Shown here: one piece after another, positions 23,186 to 35,498 of the stretch
How the letters are laid out: each line of letters opens with the position of its first letter
How positions within the stretch are numbered: the stretch's first letter is position 1
Source: Octopus bimaculoides
Taxonomy: Eukaryota
Assembly: GCF_001194135.2 (NCBI RefSeq)
Contig: NC_068985.1
Span: forward strand, 37,372,222-37,436,221
Direction: 5' to 3'
DNA: 64,000 nt
Made by a program: the position numbers and the translations under genes
Notes under the pieces: model-generated
Databases searched by the model: none
What the model was told of the DNA's origin: nothing
What the model saw: only the letters and a program-made list of their open reading frames with translations

Positions 23186-24029
23186 TGAATGGTGCGGTAA
23201 ATAAACTGTCGTCTAAATTACGCAAAAATGAAAATAACACTGACATCTCATTTTAACAGATATATTTGCCAAAATTACATAAAAATATCTTAAAATACTA
23301 GGGAGTAAATTTATTCAATAAAATCGCCATTAGCTTCAACTACGACCTCCAGACGACTTCGGAATCTCCTGCAACTCTTCTGAGTGGTCTCCTTGTTTAA
23401 GTTGGTGAATGCTGCTACAATCTTTGTCTTCAGTTCATCTTTGGTGTTTCAAGGAGTTTTGTTGGTCTCTCGTACAACTGCGCCCCACATATAATAATCA
23501 AGGAGGTTGCAGTCTGGGGAGTAAGGTGGCCAGATGTTAGGGGTGATGCAGTCGTAGAAATTGTCTGCCAACCTTGACTGAGTTTACCTGCTTGTGTGGC
23601 ATGGTGCAGAGTCCTATTGCCATACACAGGGTCTTCCAGCAGCTACCCTATTAACCCAGGACAGCACTTCCTCCTCCAGGCACTTGATGTAGACCAGCCG
23701 CGTGGACAGATGATTGGAGACATAACGCTGCCATCACCATTGATCACTCCAAACACCGTAATATTGACTGGATGCTTGATTTTTATCATTCTCAGCACGA
23801 TTTCTATCACTTCTGGTGCGATTTTTATCACTTCTGACGCGGATGCCAAGCAGTACGGTATGTCGTTTCCAAATTTCTGGCAGAATGAATTGCGTCATGG
23901 TGCGGTTTTTCTCATACACGGTGCCCAACTAACCCTACGATACTGTGTAGTTGACAAAATTAAAAACTAACAATGTGCATGCAAGAAATTAAAACTATAA
24001 AAGGGCGAAAATTAATCCATCGTACCCTG
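23186..24029 (-). mobile_element. DD37D (maT-type) Tc1/mariner transposon, internally deleted and decayed
   Basis: Minus strand: IKHPVNITVFGVINGDGSVMSP...VYIKCLEEEVLSWVNRVAAGRPCVWQ*DSAPCHTSR*TQSRLADNFYDCITPNIWPPYSPDCNLLDYYMWG...RFRSRLEVVVEANGDFIE*; 37 residues between the second and third Asp. TA|CAGGGTACGATGG end at 24029, degenerate partner at about 23186. Confidence 0.9.
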
Positions 24030-25015
24030 TATATGTGTGTGCATATGTGCGTGTGGATATGTATATATATATATATATTTATATATATATACGCGTGTGT
24101 GTGCATATATTATATATATATGCGTGTGTGAGGGTGTGTGTGAATGTGCGTGCATGTGTGTGCGTGTGCGTTTGCGTTTGCGTGTGTGCACATACAATTT
24201 AATTCATCTAATTTAGCCTCATTTCCCCGACAGAGCTGTGATATCAATCTGAAGTGCGGTTAGCACCTCTATGCAATTCGCGGTCTACACAGCTTTATAG
24301 AACGAGGTATAATGTTACATCACCCGTTCTTCTCTCTCTCCTTCTCTCACGGTCACTTTCTCTCTCTCTCTCTCTCTCTCTCTACCTCTACCTCTCTCTC
24401 TCTCTACCTCTACCTCTCTCTCTCTCTCTATCTCTACCTCTCTCTATTTTGATTGTTTTGTGTGTGGGTGTGCGCACGCATGTCTGTCTCTTCGCGTGTG
24501 TGTGGTGAACACTTTCGTTTAGAAACAATTTTATCCCACACACAAAGTAGAGATGATTATTTTTTCCTAATATGTTGAAGTGCTATTCCGAGTTGCACTC
24601 ACCGACTAACCAATCGTTAAAAGAATAATCACAACGCGAAATACTATGTAACGATTCAAAGAGCATCAGTTTATATTCCTTCATATATATATATACATAC
24701 GACACACACACGTACGCACATAAACACGCACACACACATAAACACACACGTTCACACACATGTGCACATACACACAAGCACAAATACACACTTGTGCGTG
24801 ATATATATGTATATACATATATATATATATATATATACATACATAAGATCATATATGTGTGTGTGTATTTATAGAAAATTACGTGCGTATATATGTGAAT
24901 GTATATATAATCACACATCTATATCCATATACGTGTATATATATATATGTACATATATATGTATATAGATGTGTTTATATAGATATATATCTATCTATCT
25001 ATCTATCTATATAAA

Positions 25016-25060
<45 letters not shown>

Positions 25061-25062
<2 letters not shown>

Positions 25063-25209
25063 ACATATATGCACACATAAACACATACCTCTCTCTTTCT
25101 ATATATAGAGAGGTATGTGTTTATGTGTACATATATGTTTATATATATATATATATATATATCAACATATATGCACACATAAACACATACCTCTCTCTTT
25201 CTATATATA
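25061..25209. repeat. Direct-inverted-direct triplication of a 32-bp unit among (TA)n tracts
   Basis: ACATATATGCACACATAAACACATACCTCTCT at 25063-25094, its reverse complement (1 mismatch) at 25107-25138, and a direct copy at 25165-25196. Confidence 0.9.
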
Positions 25210-25710
25210 AATATGTGTGTGTGTTTATTTGTATGTGTGTTTCTGTGTGTGTATATGTCTGTGTATCTGTCTGTGAGCGTATCTGTGTGTGTGCGTGTGT
25301 GTGTGTGTGTATTGTGCACTCATGTGCGTGGCTATATATATGTAACAGATACACTGTATACAAGTGTGGTGTCTATACACATTCATATAAGAAAATTTGT
25401 TTTCGCCAATTTTCTATTAATAGAAAGATTAATCATAAATATTTGCTTTCTTAATATCTTCAAGCGAAAGTTAAATGTTTGCTCTAAACATCAAGTTACT
25501 ATTTTGGTTATCTCTTCTAAAAACTATTGCTGTTCAGCTTAAATGGCCTACGGATTCAATGAACTTCTCATATGGATTAACAACAAATTTTGCACATACG
25601 TAGAATCCAGTCAAAACATTAAGCTAACATTGAGTAGTTCACTAAATTTGTAGGTAAATAATAGTACGTTGCCATTACAGGATTCAATCCGGAGGGCGTT
25701 TAAGTAGATA

Positions 25711-26056
25711 TTGATTTCAAATATTGGCACAAGGCCAGCAATTTCGGGAAGAGTATGAGTCGATGACATCAACCCTATTGATAACCTCAGTCATCTGCTC
25801 GGAGAATCCCATCTACTGAAAAGTATTCAGGACTAGATTACCCAATACTCCTTTCCTAGCTTAAGATGGCGGCTAGCATGGGAAACGTCAGCCCAAATAT
25901 CGGTTTCAAATTTTGGCGCAAGGCCAGTACTTTCGAGGGAAGTGGTAAGTTAATTACATCGGCCCCAGTGAGCAACTGATACTTATTTTATCGATCCCGA
26001 AACGATGAAAGACAGTCGACCCCGGCAGAATTTGAACCAATGATTCCGCCAGCATA
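25711..26056 (-). mobile_element. Two SINE family A fragments (25711-25775, 25899-26056)
   Basis: TTTCAAATATTGGCACAAGGCCAGCAATTTCG and TTTCAAATTTTGGCGCAAGGCCAG...TTATCGATCCCGAAACGATGAAAGACAGTCGACC, reverse complements of the family A tail/body. Confidence 0.75.
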
Positions 26057-26635
26057 CTGCCTTTATCTAAGCAGGTACATGCTATCGACATGCTTTCATT
26101 ATAAGTTTGCATGATTTTGTCTGTGTGTGTCTGTGTGTGTGTGTGTGTGTGTCTCTGTGTGTGTGTGTGTGTGTGTGTCTCTGTGTGTGTGTGTGTGTGT
26201 CTATCTATCTATCTATATACATACATACATACATATATATATAATATATACATACATATATATATATAATATATATATATANNNNNNNNNNNNNNNNNNN
26301 NNNNNNNNNNNNNNNNNNNNNNNNNNNNNNNNNNNNNNNNNNNNNNNNNNNNNNNNNNNNNNNNNNNNNNNNNNNNNNNNNNNNNNNNNNNNNNNNNNNN
26401 NNNNNNNNNNNNNNNNNNNNNNNNNNNNNNNNNNNNNNNNNNNNNNNNNNNNNNNNNNNNNNNNNNNNNNNNNNNNNNNNNNNNNNNNNNNNNNNNNNNN
26501 NNNNNNNNNNNNNNNNNNNNNNNNNNNNNNNNNNNNNNNNNNNNNNNNNNNNNNNNNNNNNNNNNNNNNNNNNNNNNNNNNNNNNNNNNNNNNNNNNNNN
26601 NNNNNNNNNNNNNNNNNNNNNNNNNNTATATATAT

Positions 26636-27120
26636 ATGCATATGTTGACACAGAACGTCATGAAACGTGTACAACAAAAAATACGAAGTACGAGTACATG
26701 GAATATGAACTATTTTTTCGAACAAAGGAAGACACAAATGAAAAACAAGACAAACAGCACAAAGAATGACCCTTCATCAGTTGTTGGCTGGTTTTTCTGC
26801 TCTCGTATTTCGAGCATTTAACAGCAATATACGCTTTCGATAAAACAGTTGCTACCGCAAAGCAAATTAAATAAAAGTTGGGATTTTGCGGAGGGTCAAA
26901 ATTGGTAACACAAACAGGACAGTGAAAACAAACAGGAAGGGCTGCTAAGACTAAACGAGGTTGCGGTGGCGAACGCGTAAATCAAGCTTGGACAGGAGAC
27001 AGACAAGAACACGTCTTCGTTGATCCAGCTACAACGGGGAGAAAGAAAGAAACACAAATTATATTTCATAAAAGTTTTGTGATAGGTATTGTATTCCACG
27101 TAATCAGAAATCAAATTTCA
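26636..27120 (-). mobile_element. Unclassified interspersed repeat (possible Penelope-like pseudo-LTR), homologous to 60785-61290
   Basis: GACCCTTCATCAGTTG...CGTATTTCGAGCA...AAAACAGTTGCTACCGCAAAGCAAATTAAATAA...AAACAAACAGGAAGGGCTG shared with 60925-61110; abuts a (TA)n tract and gap. Confidence 0.7.
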
Positions 27121-27499
27121 TCACCAGTCATATTTGTAAATCTGTGGTTCCGTAACCAAGTTAAGATGTTATGTTTAACAATGCCAGATTGAGCAAATTC
27201 CTTATGTTTTTCTTTTCTTTTGGCAGTTGGTTTGTTTCAGTTCTGAAGAAAATATCTCAGAGTGGTGGTTTCCTATATTTTCACTTAATCAACAGATCAA
27301 TTGATAGGACTATATTTCGTTGTCTTTGATTTTCATATTGGTAATATTGTCATGAAATCCAAAGTGAGGGCAATAATGTTCGCAGGCGGTTAATAGCCAT
27401 TCTTTCGCCACCACTGTGAAATTCAATGTGCGTTATTTACTGAAAACGATACTATGTTTGTATGTGAAGACACGATGGGATGCTGAAAATTTCCTAACC

Positions 27500-27672
27500 C
27501 TAAGAGTATGGTGGAAAGCCTAGTTGGGGACCCAACGTTCCGACTTCTTTTACAGGGCTTAGAAAAACTGATGGACTGCTGCAATAAGTGTGTGAATCTG
27601 ATAGGGGAATATGTTGTGTAAAATCCTGTATTTTCTTTTACCCAAACCCAGGAACTGTTCCACACCCCTTCG
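27500..27672 (+). mobile_element. Mariner (DD34D-type) transposase C-terminus and right TIR remnant
   Basis: QGLEKLMDCCNKCVNLIGEYVV* resembles the mariner end 'GI.KL..RW.KC....G.YVE'; followed by GAACTGTTCCACACCCCTTCG|TA. Confidence 0.75.
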
Positions 27673-28288
27673 TATTTATGCCTTTCTCAACTTCCTATAA
27701 ATTCCTCACAGAATTTATTAAAGTGCTTCATTTCCTCGTTCGCCTGACATATTTTTAATGCTTTATAGCATTAATTTTTTCTTATAAATATGTATATGCT
27801 ATTTTACTATTTATCTAATTTATTTAATTCTGTCTTATATAAGTTACGAACGAAGTTATTACAAAAATAAATTTGTTTTCGTCTCTCTTGTAAAAGTTTA
27901 AAATACGCAACAACTTCACGTTGGATCATGAACTAATTATATAAGTTATTTCACTCTTTCCATCTTTCTTATATAGTTTAAATATTAATTCATTGATTTT
28001 TTTTTTCGCTTTCAATTATGTTGAAAATGTTTAATAAAAATAGAAAGACTACTTTGTACGTGCTATTTGCTGCGGAAAGTCTTGGCTATTATGTGTGGTT
28101 TCGTACAAAACGTGTGATTGTATGTTTGTATGTGGTTGACAAGTAAAAGTGTAAGATTAAAGCGAGGAATTATTTTCGTGAAAAGCGAAATGCTACATGT
28201 GATGCAATATAATTAGTTTAAATATAGATTTAGAATTTATGACCTGTAGCAGTTTTGTCACAACAAAATCTAGTGAAATAATGAATAT

Positions 28289-28460
28289 TATCATCATGGT
28301 CATCATCATCATCATCACCACCACCACCATCATGATCATCATCATCACCCTCATCATCACCAGCATCACCACCACCACCACCACCACCACCACCACCACC
28401 ACCATCACCACCACCACCTGCAGCACCACCACCGACGACAACACCGCCATCATCATCATT

Positions 28461-28494
<34 letters not shown>

Positions 28495-28608
28495 TCATCA
28501 TCGTCTTCATCGTCGTCGTCGTCGTCAACATCATCATCATCATCATCATCACCACTACCACTCCCATCGCCATTGTCATCATCATCGTCGTCATCATCAT
28601 CGTCGTCG

Positions 28609-28667
<59 letters not shown>

Positions 28668-28700
28668 TTTGTTGCTGTCGTTGTTGTGGTTGTTATTGCA
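28289..28700. repeat. Compound trinucleotide array (CAT)n/(CAC)n/(CGT)n/(TGT)n
   Basis: Directly visible; gives poly-M/I/S/T pseudo-ORFs. Confidence 0.95.
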
Positions 28701-29431
28701 GTTGAATCAGAAAAATTATAGTTTCAACGAAATGGAATTGAAATCTACTGAATTAGAGACGACGTTTCTTTTTTTTTTAATTATTGAATCAGAATTAAAA
28801 TTTAAATGTCAAGTCAATGAGAAAAATTAATTTCAGTCCATTGTAAATTAATTTCGAATTTATTATCTTCCTATGCCAGCTGAGATAGCTGCTTTTGTAA
28901 CTCACACAGCTGTAGGCCACTTGGATATCACTATTCACAAAAATAAATGCTGATTTACAAGAGATTCGTGAGTTGCGCCATCCATATGGACGTGTGCATT
29001 ATGTGCAAATGTTGCATTATATTTTATAGAGAAGATGTTGGATTTCAAGTTTCTTGGGAAGAGATAAACGACTGAGCATTTTCACACTCTTAAATTACAG
29101 CTATCGTCTTCAGGTGGCACATGCACAATATGCGAAAGATGCTCAGTCAACTGAACGTAACTGTTTCACTTGAAGAAAAAAAAAAGCACAACCCAACCAT
29201 AATATAAACAGGAAATACCAGGGTACGTTTGGTAGCGTAACCGAAGTAAAGTGGCTCTATACAGGTCGGTGAAATATTTTTCCTCCTTGAGCCTTCTTAG
29301 AAGATCTAGAATTCGACTGACTCTGTGTTGAGCTGCCAATCCCCTAAATTTTTCCTATTCAATTGCAAACAACTGATAATGAAGATCCTAAAATGTATCT
29401 TAATCTTAGTGACGGAGAAAGCTAAGAGATA

Positions 29432-30647
29432 CAGGGGTTAGACAAAAAATGGAAACACCTTAAAATTTCAAGCGAATTTATTTTGACAGTAATTACAGCT
29501 TGAATTCTACGAGGTATGGATTCGTACAGAGGTTGAATTGGTTCCAAAGGAATTTTTGTCCATTCTTCAGCTAAAACAGTCTCCAGTTCTTGTAGTGGTG
29601 ATGGTGGAGAATATCGACTCCTTACTTGTTTTTCTAAAATGCACCAAAAATGTTCAATAATATTGAGATCTGGGGACTGTGGTAGTCAGATAAGATGTTC
29701 AGCTTCACTAGAATGTTCTTCGTGCCATTCAGTAGCAACTTTAGCTGTGTGAATTGGTGCATTATCATCCTGAAAGATTGCATTTCCCTCCGGAAACAGT
29801 TCCACAACCATAGGATGAATTTGATCACATAAAATGCCTAAATAGTCTTGACTATTAATTCTTCCATGAAGGGAAACCATTGGACCGGCGGATTTCCAAG
29901 ATATAGCCTCCCAGATCATCACAGATCCTCCTCCGTATTTAACAGTTGGAAGAACGCAGTCTAGGTAAAATGCTTCTTTCGGTTTTCTCCACACGTATAC
30001 TCGCGTCGGTGGTCGGAAATAAGGTAACGGATGACTCGTCCGAGAAAATAACATTCTTTCACTGTTCTAAGGACCAATTCTGTAGGTTTTTACTCCGCTC
30101 TAAACGCTTTGCAGCGTTTGTTTTTAAAAGTAGTGGTTTTCTGACTGCAGCCCTCCCGTGAAATCCAGCTTTGTGCAGCTCCCGGCAAACAGTTTTTGTG
30201 GAAACTGGGTCCTCGAGGAGGTCATTAAGCTGTGCTGTAATTTTGAGCGCTGTACTTTTGTAATCCTTTCTAACAATTCGCATGAGAGCCCGACGCTCCC
30301 TATCTGAAAGTTTTGGTTTTCTTCCGGAATGTTGTTTCGACGAGGAGGTTTTCCCTCTTTCACAAAGGCTATAATCACTTTCGAGACAGTACTTCTTGAT
30401 ACACCAAACATACGAGCACCAACAATTTGACCTCTTTGAAAGTCCGGTAGATCTGTCATTTTAGTGAATTTTAATTACCTTTTCTGATGATATCTGTAAA
30501 GAAACAGCAATTCTAGCAAAACATATTAAGCATCACTAATAATAAATCAAAAAACATAAAAATAAACAAACTTTTGACGGTTTTATAGGTATTTCAAAAT
30601 TATGATGCTATGATGCTAGGTGTTTCCATTATTTTGTCCAACCCCAG
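29432..30647 (-). mobile_element. Tc1-superfamily transposon with DD36E spacing, near full length, decayed (copy 2)
   Basis: TA|CAGGGGTTAGACAAAAAATGGAAACACC ... GGTGTTTCCATTATTTTGTCCAACCCCAG|TA. Frameshifted transposase: MTDLPDFQRGQIVGA..., FSDES, TVKYGGGSVMIWEAI, FQDDNAPIH...SPDLNIIEHFW; 36 residues between D and E. Confidence 0.95.
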
Positions 30648-30989
30648 TATATACCAATGAAGAAAATACAAAACTGTCCAGAGCAAATCATATGCAACAT
30701 AGAGAAAGTACTCAATCGAGGGGAAAACGATCCAGACGACTTAGAAAGATATATCACTCGGTATATCAATGAAACATAGCATTAGAAAGACAAATAAATA
30801 TTTCCCTTTTTTCAAAACGTACAGAAACAACTAGTGTTACAGTCTGAGGAGCAATAGCAGAGGAATTTGAGTATACGAGAAAATTAATGTACTGTGGAGT
30901 AAGCCTCTGATACTGTGCAGCTACATTTCCCTCACAACGAAACTTGTCATCAATTAATAAAAGGATATAGTGCCATATATATATATGTG

Positions 30990-31038
<49 letters not shown>

Positions 31039-31191
31039 GTGTGTGTGTGTGTGTGGTTTGATTCTTTTATTCTTTTACTTTTTTCAACTACCGATCTGTG
31101 GCAATGATGGTGGTAGCGCCTGTATAGTTATTTTAACTTTGGCACTTATTCTAACATATCCTTTCGCTCGATTACAACCTGTTGCAAAGAG

Positions 31192-31231
<40 letters not shown>

Positions 31232-31477
31232 TCACACTCTCTCTCTCTCTCTCTTTCTCTCAAACACACACAGACACTCGTATTTATGTACGGCTCTGTA
31301 CCTTACTCAACCAAAGACACGTACAAAGCACCATAGTTAGTCTAAGGTTATAGTAAAAGCACGTGCCCAAGTAGCATGCAGTGGGACTGAACCCAAAGCC
31401 ACGTCCTTGCGTAGCTAATCTCTCACCACTCCTTATGTATATAATGTATATATGTATACATATCAGTCATTTAATCA

Positions 31478-31521
<44 letters not shown>

Positions 31522-32396
31522 GTCTATCTATCTATCTATCTATTTATCTATCAATCTATCTATCTATTTTTCTTTCTCCACCCCCTCTCTTTCTCTGTNN
31601 NNNNNNNNNNNNNNNNNNNNNNNNNNNNNNNNNNNNNNNNNNNNNNNNNNNNNNNNNNNNNNNNNNNNNNNNNNNNNNNNNNNNNNNNNNNNNNNNNNNN
31701 NNNATATATATTAAGAAGCAATTTTACATTTCTAGTTATTAATTTGTAATTGATTAAGTATGGAAACAAATTGTAGGTTACAGAAAATTTTGACAATATG
31801 TAAATAAATTGAATCTTATCAGTTGAAACTCTCCATTTTCTCCTTATATTATGATATATATATATATATATATATTCACTCATATATATATATATATATA
31901 TATAAATGCATGTATGTATATATATTTTATATATGCGTACACATATCTATTTATGCATGCACAAATTAATATTGAAACAGCTCTCAACATCTCTGTTTTT
32001 CACTTCGGCACTTGCAACTACACCAATGTAAATAACTTAATATGCATTATGCACCCTGCCCTGTTCCGTGCAATGCATTGAAATAAATTGACTGTTGCAA
32101 GAAAACGAAGGAAGTGTATATTCTCCTCTATACCACCCACTAATCCAAACTCATTCATTTTGGCAAACGTGCCGGAGTGGTTTATCTAAGTAACTATGCT
32201 CACTCCTATGCAGATAAGCTAGACTTCATTAAACGGTCATTGTATTGAATATCTGAAAGGAAGCATTCCATTATGGCTCCAATCTTGCTTTTCTTCGATC
32301 GCTACTCAACTAGTTGTCCCAATAAACAGACCAGCACAATCAAATCTGTAGCTGGATTCTCAGTAAAAGAAACATTGGCTTTTCTCTGTCCACTAT

Positions 32397-32642
32397 CTAC
32401 AGATAAACAAAATCTTCCCTTCCACCATCATTGAGCTTTAACCGAACATTGTTATTTTTAATTTCTATAATTATATTTCCATTCGAACGGATCAGAAGAG
32501 ACCATTCAGCTTCGGACCTCAGTTGCCTGCTTCTGGATTCTTCTAAAAACATTGCAGCAGCGGGGTCAACGTTAGGAAAATTAACATAACACTCTAGTGA
32601 TTTAATAATGTTGATATATCCTGCCAAATTTACCAATATTAC
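32397..32642 (-). CDS. Candidate terminal exon / coding-like ORF, unidentified
   Basis: Non-repetitive 82-codon open frame VILVNLAGYINIIKSLECYVNFPNVDPAAAMFLEESRSRQLRSEAEWSLLIRSNGNIIIEIKNNNVRLKLNDGGREDFVYL* after TTACTCAG|; the same site could equally be a donor (CAG|GTAATA). Confidence 0.25.
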   Translation of the reverse strand, partial: VILVNLAGYINIIKSLECYVNFPNVDPAAAMFLEESRSRQLRSEAEWSLLIRSNGNIIIEIKNNNVRLKLNDGGREDFVYL

Positions 32643-33405
32643 CTGAGTAATATTTTGATAAATTAACTTAATTCAATAAATACAGTCCATTCGTTAATTA
32701 TTCCTCAGTAGAATTGGTGGACGAAAATAGAAAAATAAATTGCTAAATTTCGCTAACATAAAATTGCTTCTTTCTATTTGCAAATAGACATGAGCATAAA
32801 TAAAAGTGATTCATTTCATTATACACCAATGATTTCTTTTATTAAAGACGCAAGATGTTCCAAAACTATTAGCTAAGAGTTAACTTGGCATATTTGCAGT
32901 TAGAGATTTAGAATATTACTGATGGCTTGTATACAGAGTAAATTCGGCAACTCAACCAAGATTTAAGGGAATTGTTGATGTCGATAGTGTTTCATATTAC
33001 TGGACTTTGGGTAGTTAATGAACATTCCTTTAGAGGATCTGATAAGTTTCTAGTCCTTCTTTTATACATATTAATTGTTTTTTGTCTAACACCAGACTAG
33101 CTTTGATTAATCGGATTTATATTTAACCATTTTGAAGTTTTTCATGTTGAATTACAAAAGAAATATGGCTTCCAATCATGCAACTACAGAGACAGTTCAA
33201 TGGCTCCTTCATTTAGTCGCACCAACAGATAAGCTCACCTAACTGTCGTATACCAAATGCATAGAATGGTTTCAGTAAAAAATAATAGTATCTATTATAA
33301 ATTTGTGCGTTAAAAAATGTATCTTTTAGACTATTATAACAGAAGAATATCTCTTACTGACTATATTGCGAAATAATACAGCAACTACCACTTCTATATA
33401 ATTCT

Positions 33406-33604
33406 TTTAAATTTCGGCACAAGGCTAGCAATTTTAGTGGTGGGGGACCAGTCAGTCAGACTGAATCCTGTGTTGAACTGGTGCATATTTCATCGATCCC
33501 AAAAAGATGAATGGCAAAATCGATCACACCGGAATTTGATTTCAGAATATAGCGTCTGAATTTTATCGTGTCTGACGTATGAACGACACTGCCAGCTCGC
33601 TGCC
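33406..33604 (-). mobile_element. SINE family A, diverged
   Basis: TTAAATTTCGGCACAAGGCTAGCAATTTT...CTGCCAGCTCGCTGCC. Confidence 0.8.
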
Positions 33605-34415
33605 GACTTATTGCTTCTACATACAAGTGTTTTAAACAAGCGGACAGTAAGATACAATTGTCTCAATTATACTTCTTGTTTCATATACGCTAATGACTAA
33701 GATTGCATTATTGTGAAAAGGCTGTATCGCAATTAGACAATACGAAGGTAGGCAACTATACGTCCGCATCACAAATGCTGTACATAAATTGATTACACTG
33801 AAGTTATTAGAGAAAACTTATCGAATGGTGGAATTAGCTAATCTGAATTATTTACTAGTCTAAATGAGTTTACCAATGTTAGAAATCAAATAAATAAACA
33901 ACAGGAATTTCGAAGCAGTTTTTGAACAGAAATAATACTTTGAATGGGAGCATAAAATATATGTAATTCAACCACGGTAGTGGTTGAATATATTCTTAAG
34001 CCCACCATTTCGTCAATCGCAGCAGCTTCCAAGCTTCACTAAATTATTAACAGTGTAAAGCGGACACCTCCTCAGCTACTCTTTGACATAAATAGTTTGA
34101 GATTTGGTTCAGTAGAAAAAAAGTTACATCAAAATATATGATGTCTAAAGGGGGGCAGTAAGGCACCAATTCATCTTCAATTAACATAATGTTTGTAATT
34201 TTAAAATAAAAGTATACTTTTCTTAGGCTTAAATGATAGAATAATTCAGGAGAAATTCAGAATCGTTAGTCGCATTGAACAAAAATTAGTAGAAAAATAA
34301 GTTATGAGGTAAAATATCATGAAATGTCATATCACTACGTGAGGAAGTACGTAATGCTCCAAGCAATAATGTTAAGATAAGAATATGTTACTAAATAAAA
34401 TGATTCCATTGTAAC

Positions 34416-34505
34416 GCGGCGAGTTGGCAGAAATGTTAGCGCGCCGGGCGAGGTACTTAGCGATCTCTCATTCTTTTCGATTTCTACCAAGGTTGATTTT
34501 ACTTT
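34416..34505 (+). mobile_element. SINE family A 5' fragment
   Basis: CGGCGAGTTGGCAGAAATGTTAGCGCGCCGGGCGAGGTACTTAGCG. Confidence 0.7.
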
Positions 34506-35205
34506 TCGTATACTTTATTTTTTTAATTAAGTATTTAGTAAAGTTATTTTTAATATGCTGTTGAATTAGGGTAAGTCTAATTTTATTATTAATTTTCTCT
34601 TTCAGCTTTAATTAACTTGCTTTCTCCTTTTTTTGCTTTTCTTTTTTAGTTGCTTTCCTTTTCTTTTTAGTTAATTATTTAATCAGGCTAGTTCATTAAT
34701 GCGTTATATGCTTCAGATATGTGCATCTAAATTTATTGGGGCAGGAATATAGTAATTTTTGGCTGTGTCTCTATGGGCAGACCTGAAGACATTTAGTAAA
34801 GTTGTCCAGAAAAGGCATTGGTTAAAAGTGCTTATATTCTAAATTTACTTTTTAAATTCCAAAATTAATTAAAAGAGATTTTTCATAAATCAAATTTATA
34901 TTAATGGGATGTAGGTAATTTTAACTTGTGTATATCTGATATGCTTTTATAATTACTGTTGTATTGAATAATTATTGATAGATCTAGATTAGCAGTAGTC
35001 AGTGCTATTATTACCAACTCAAAATCTAGGTTACTTAAGATGAGCCTGGTAATTGATGGTTTTCGGGTCTTGTTGTTTGTAACTGTTGGTGAGCCATGAT
35101 GCAACCAACAAGATGGTAAAATTCCCTGTCATTAATTTGGTGTGGATGGGTAATATCAAACAATTCAATCACAACATATATTTAAATTAAACATTAAAAA
35201 AAATG

Positions 35206-35498
35206 AAATGTTCTCTTTCAAAAAAACGAAAAGATTCATTTAGTAAAGTAGTTTTAAATATGCTATGCCTGAAGGGCCGCTACATCGATGCTCGTTCTGC
35301 TAAAATACAGGAATAAATTTCCATTATATATATTCTTTTCTACTCTAGGCACAAGGCCCGAAATATTTTGGGAAGGAGGGGGTCAGTTGATTAGATCGAC
35401 TCCAGTAGGCAACTGGTACTTAATTTATCGACCCCGAAAGGATGAAAGGCAAAGTCGACCTCGGTGAAATTTGAAGTCAGAACGTAGTGGCAGACGGA
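35206..35498 (-). mobile_element. 5'-truncated SINE family A plus about 125-bp 3' flank shared with 45991-46334
   Basis: CATTTAGTAAAGTAGTTTTAAATATGCTATGCCTGA...GATGCTCGTTCTGCTAAAAT(A/G)CAGGAATAAATTTCCATTATATA(T/C)ATTCTTTTCTACTCTAGGCACAAGGCCCG occurs at both loci. Confidence 0.85.

Noticed and set aside
28193-28830. Poly-Met/Ile/Thr/Ser ORFs
   Set aside because: Translation of a compound trinucleotide microsatellite; open in several frames on both strands.
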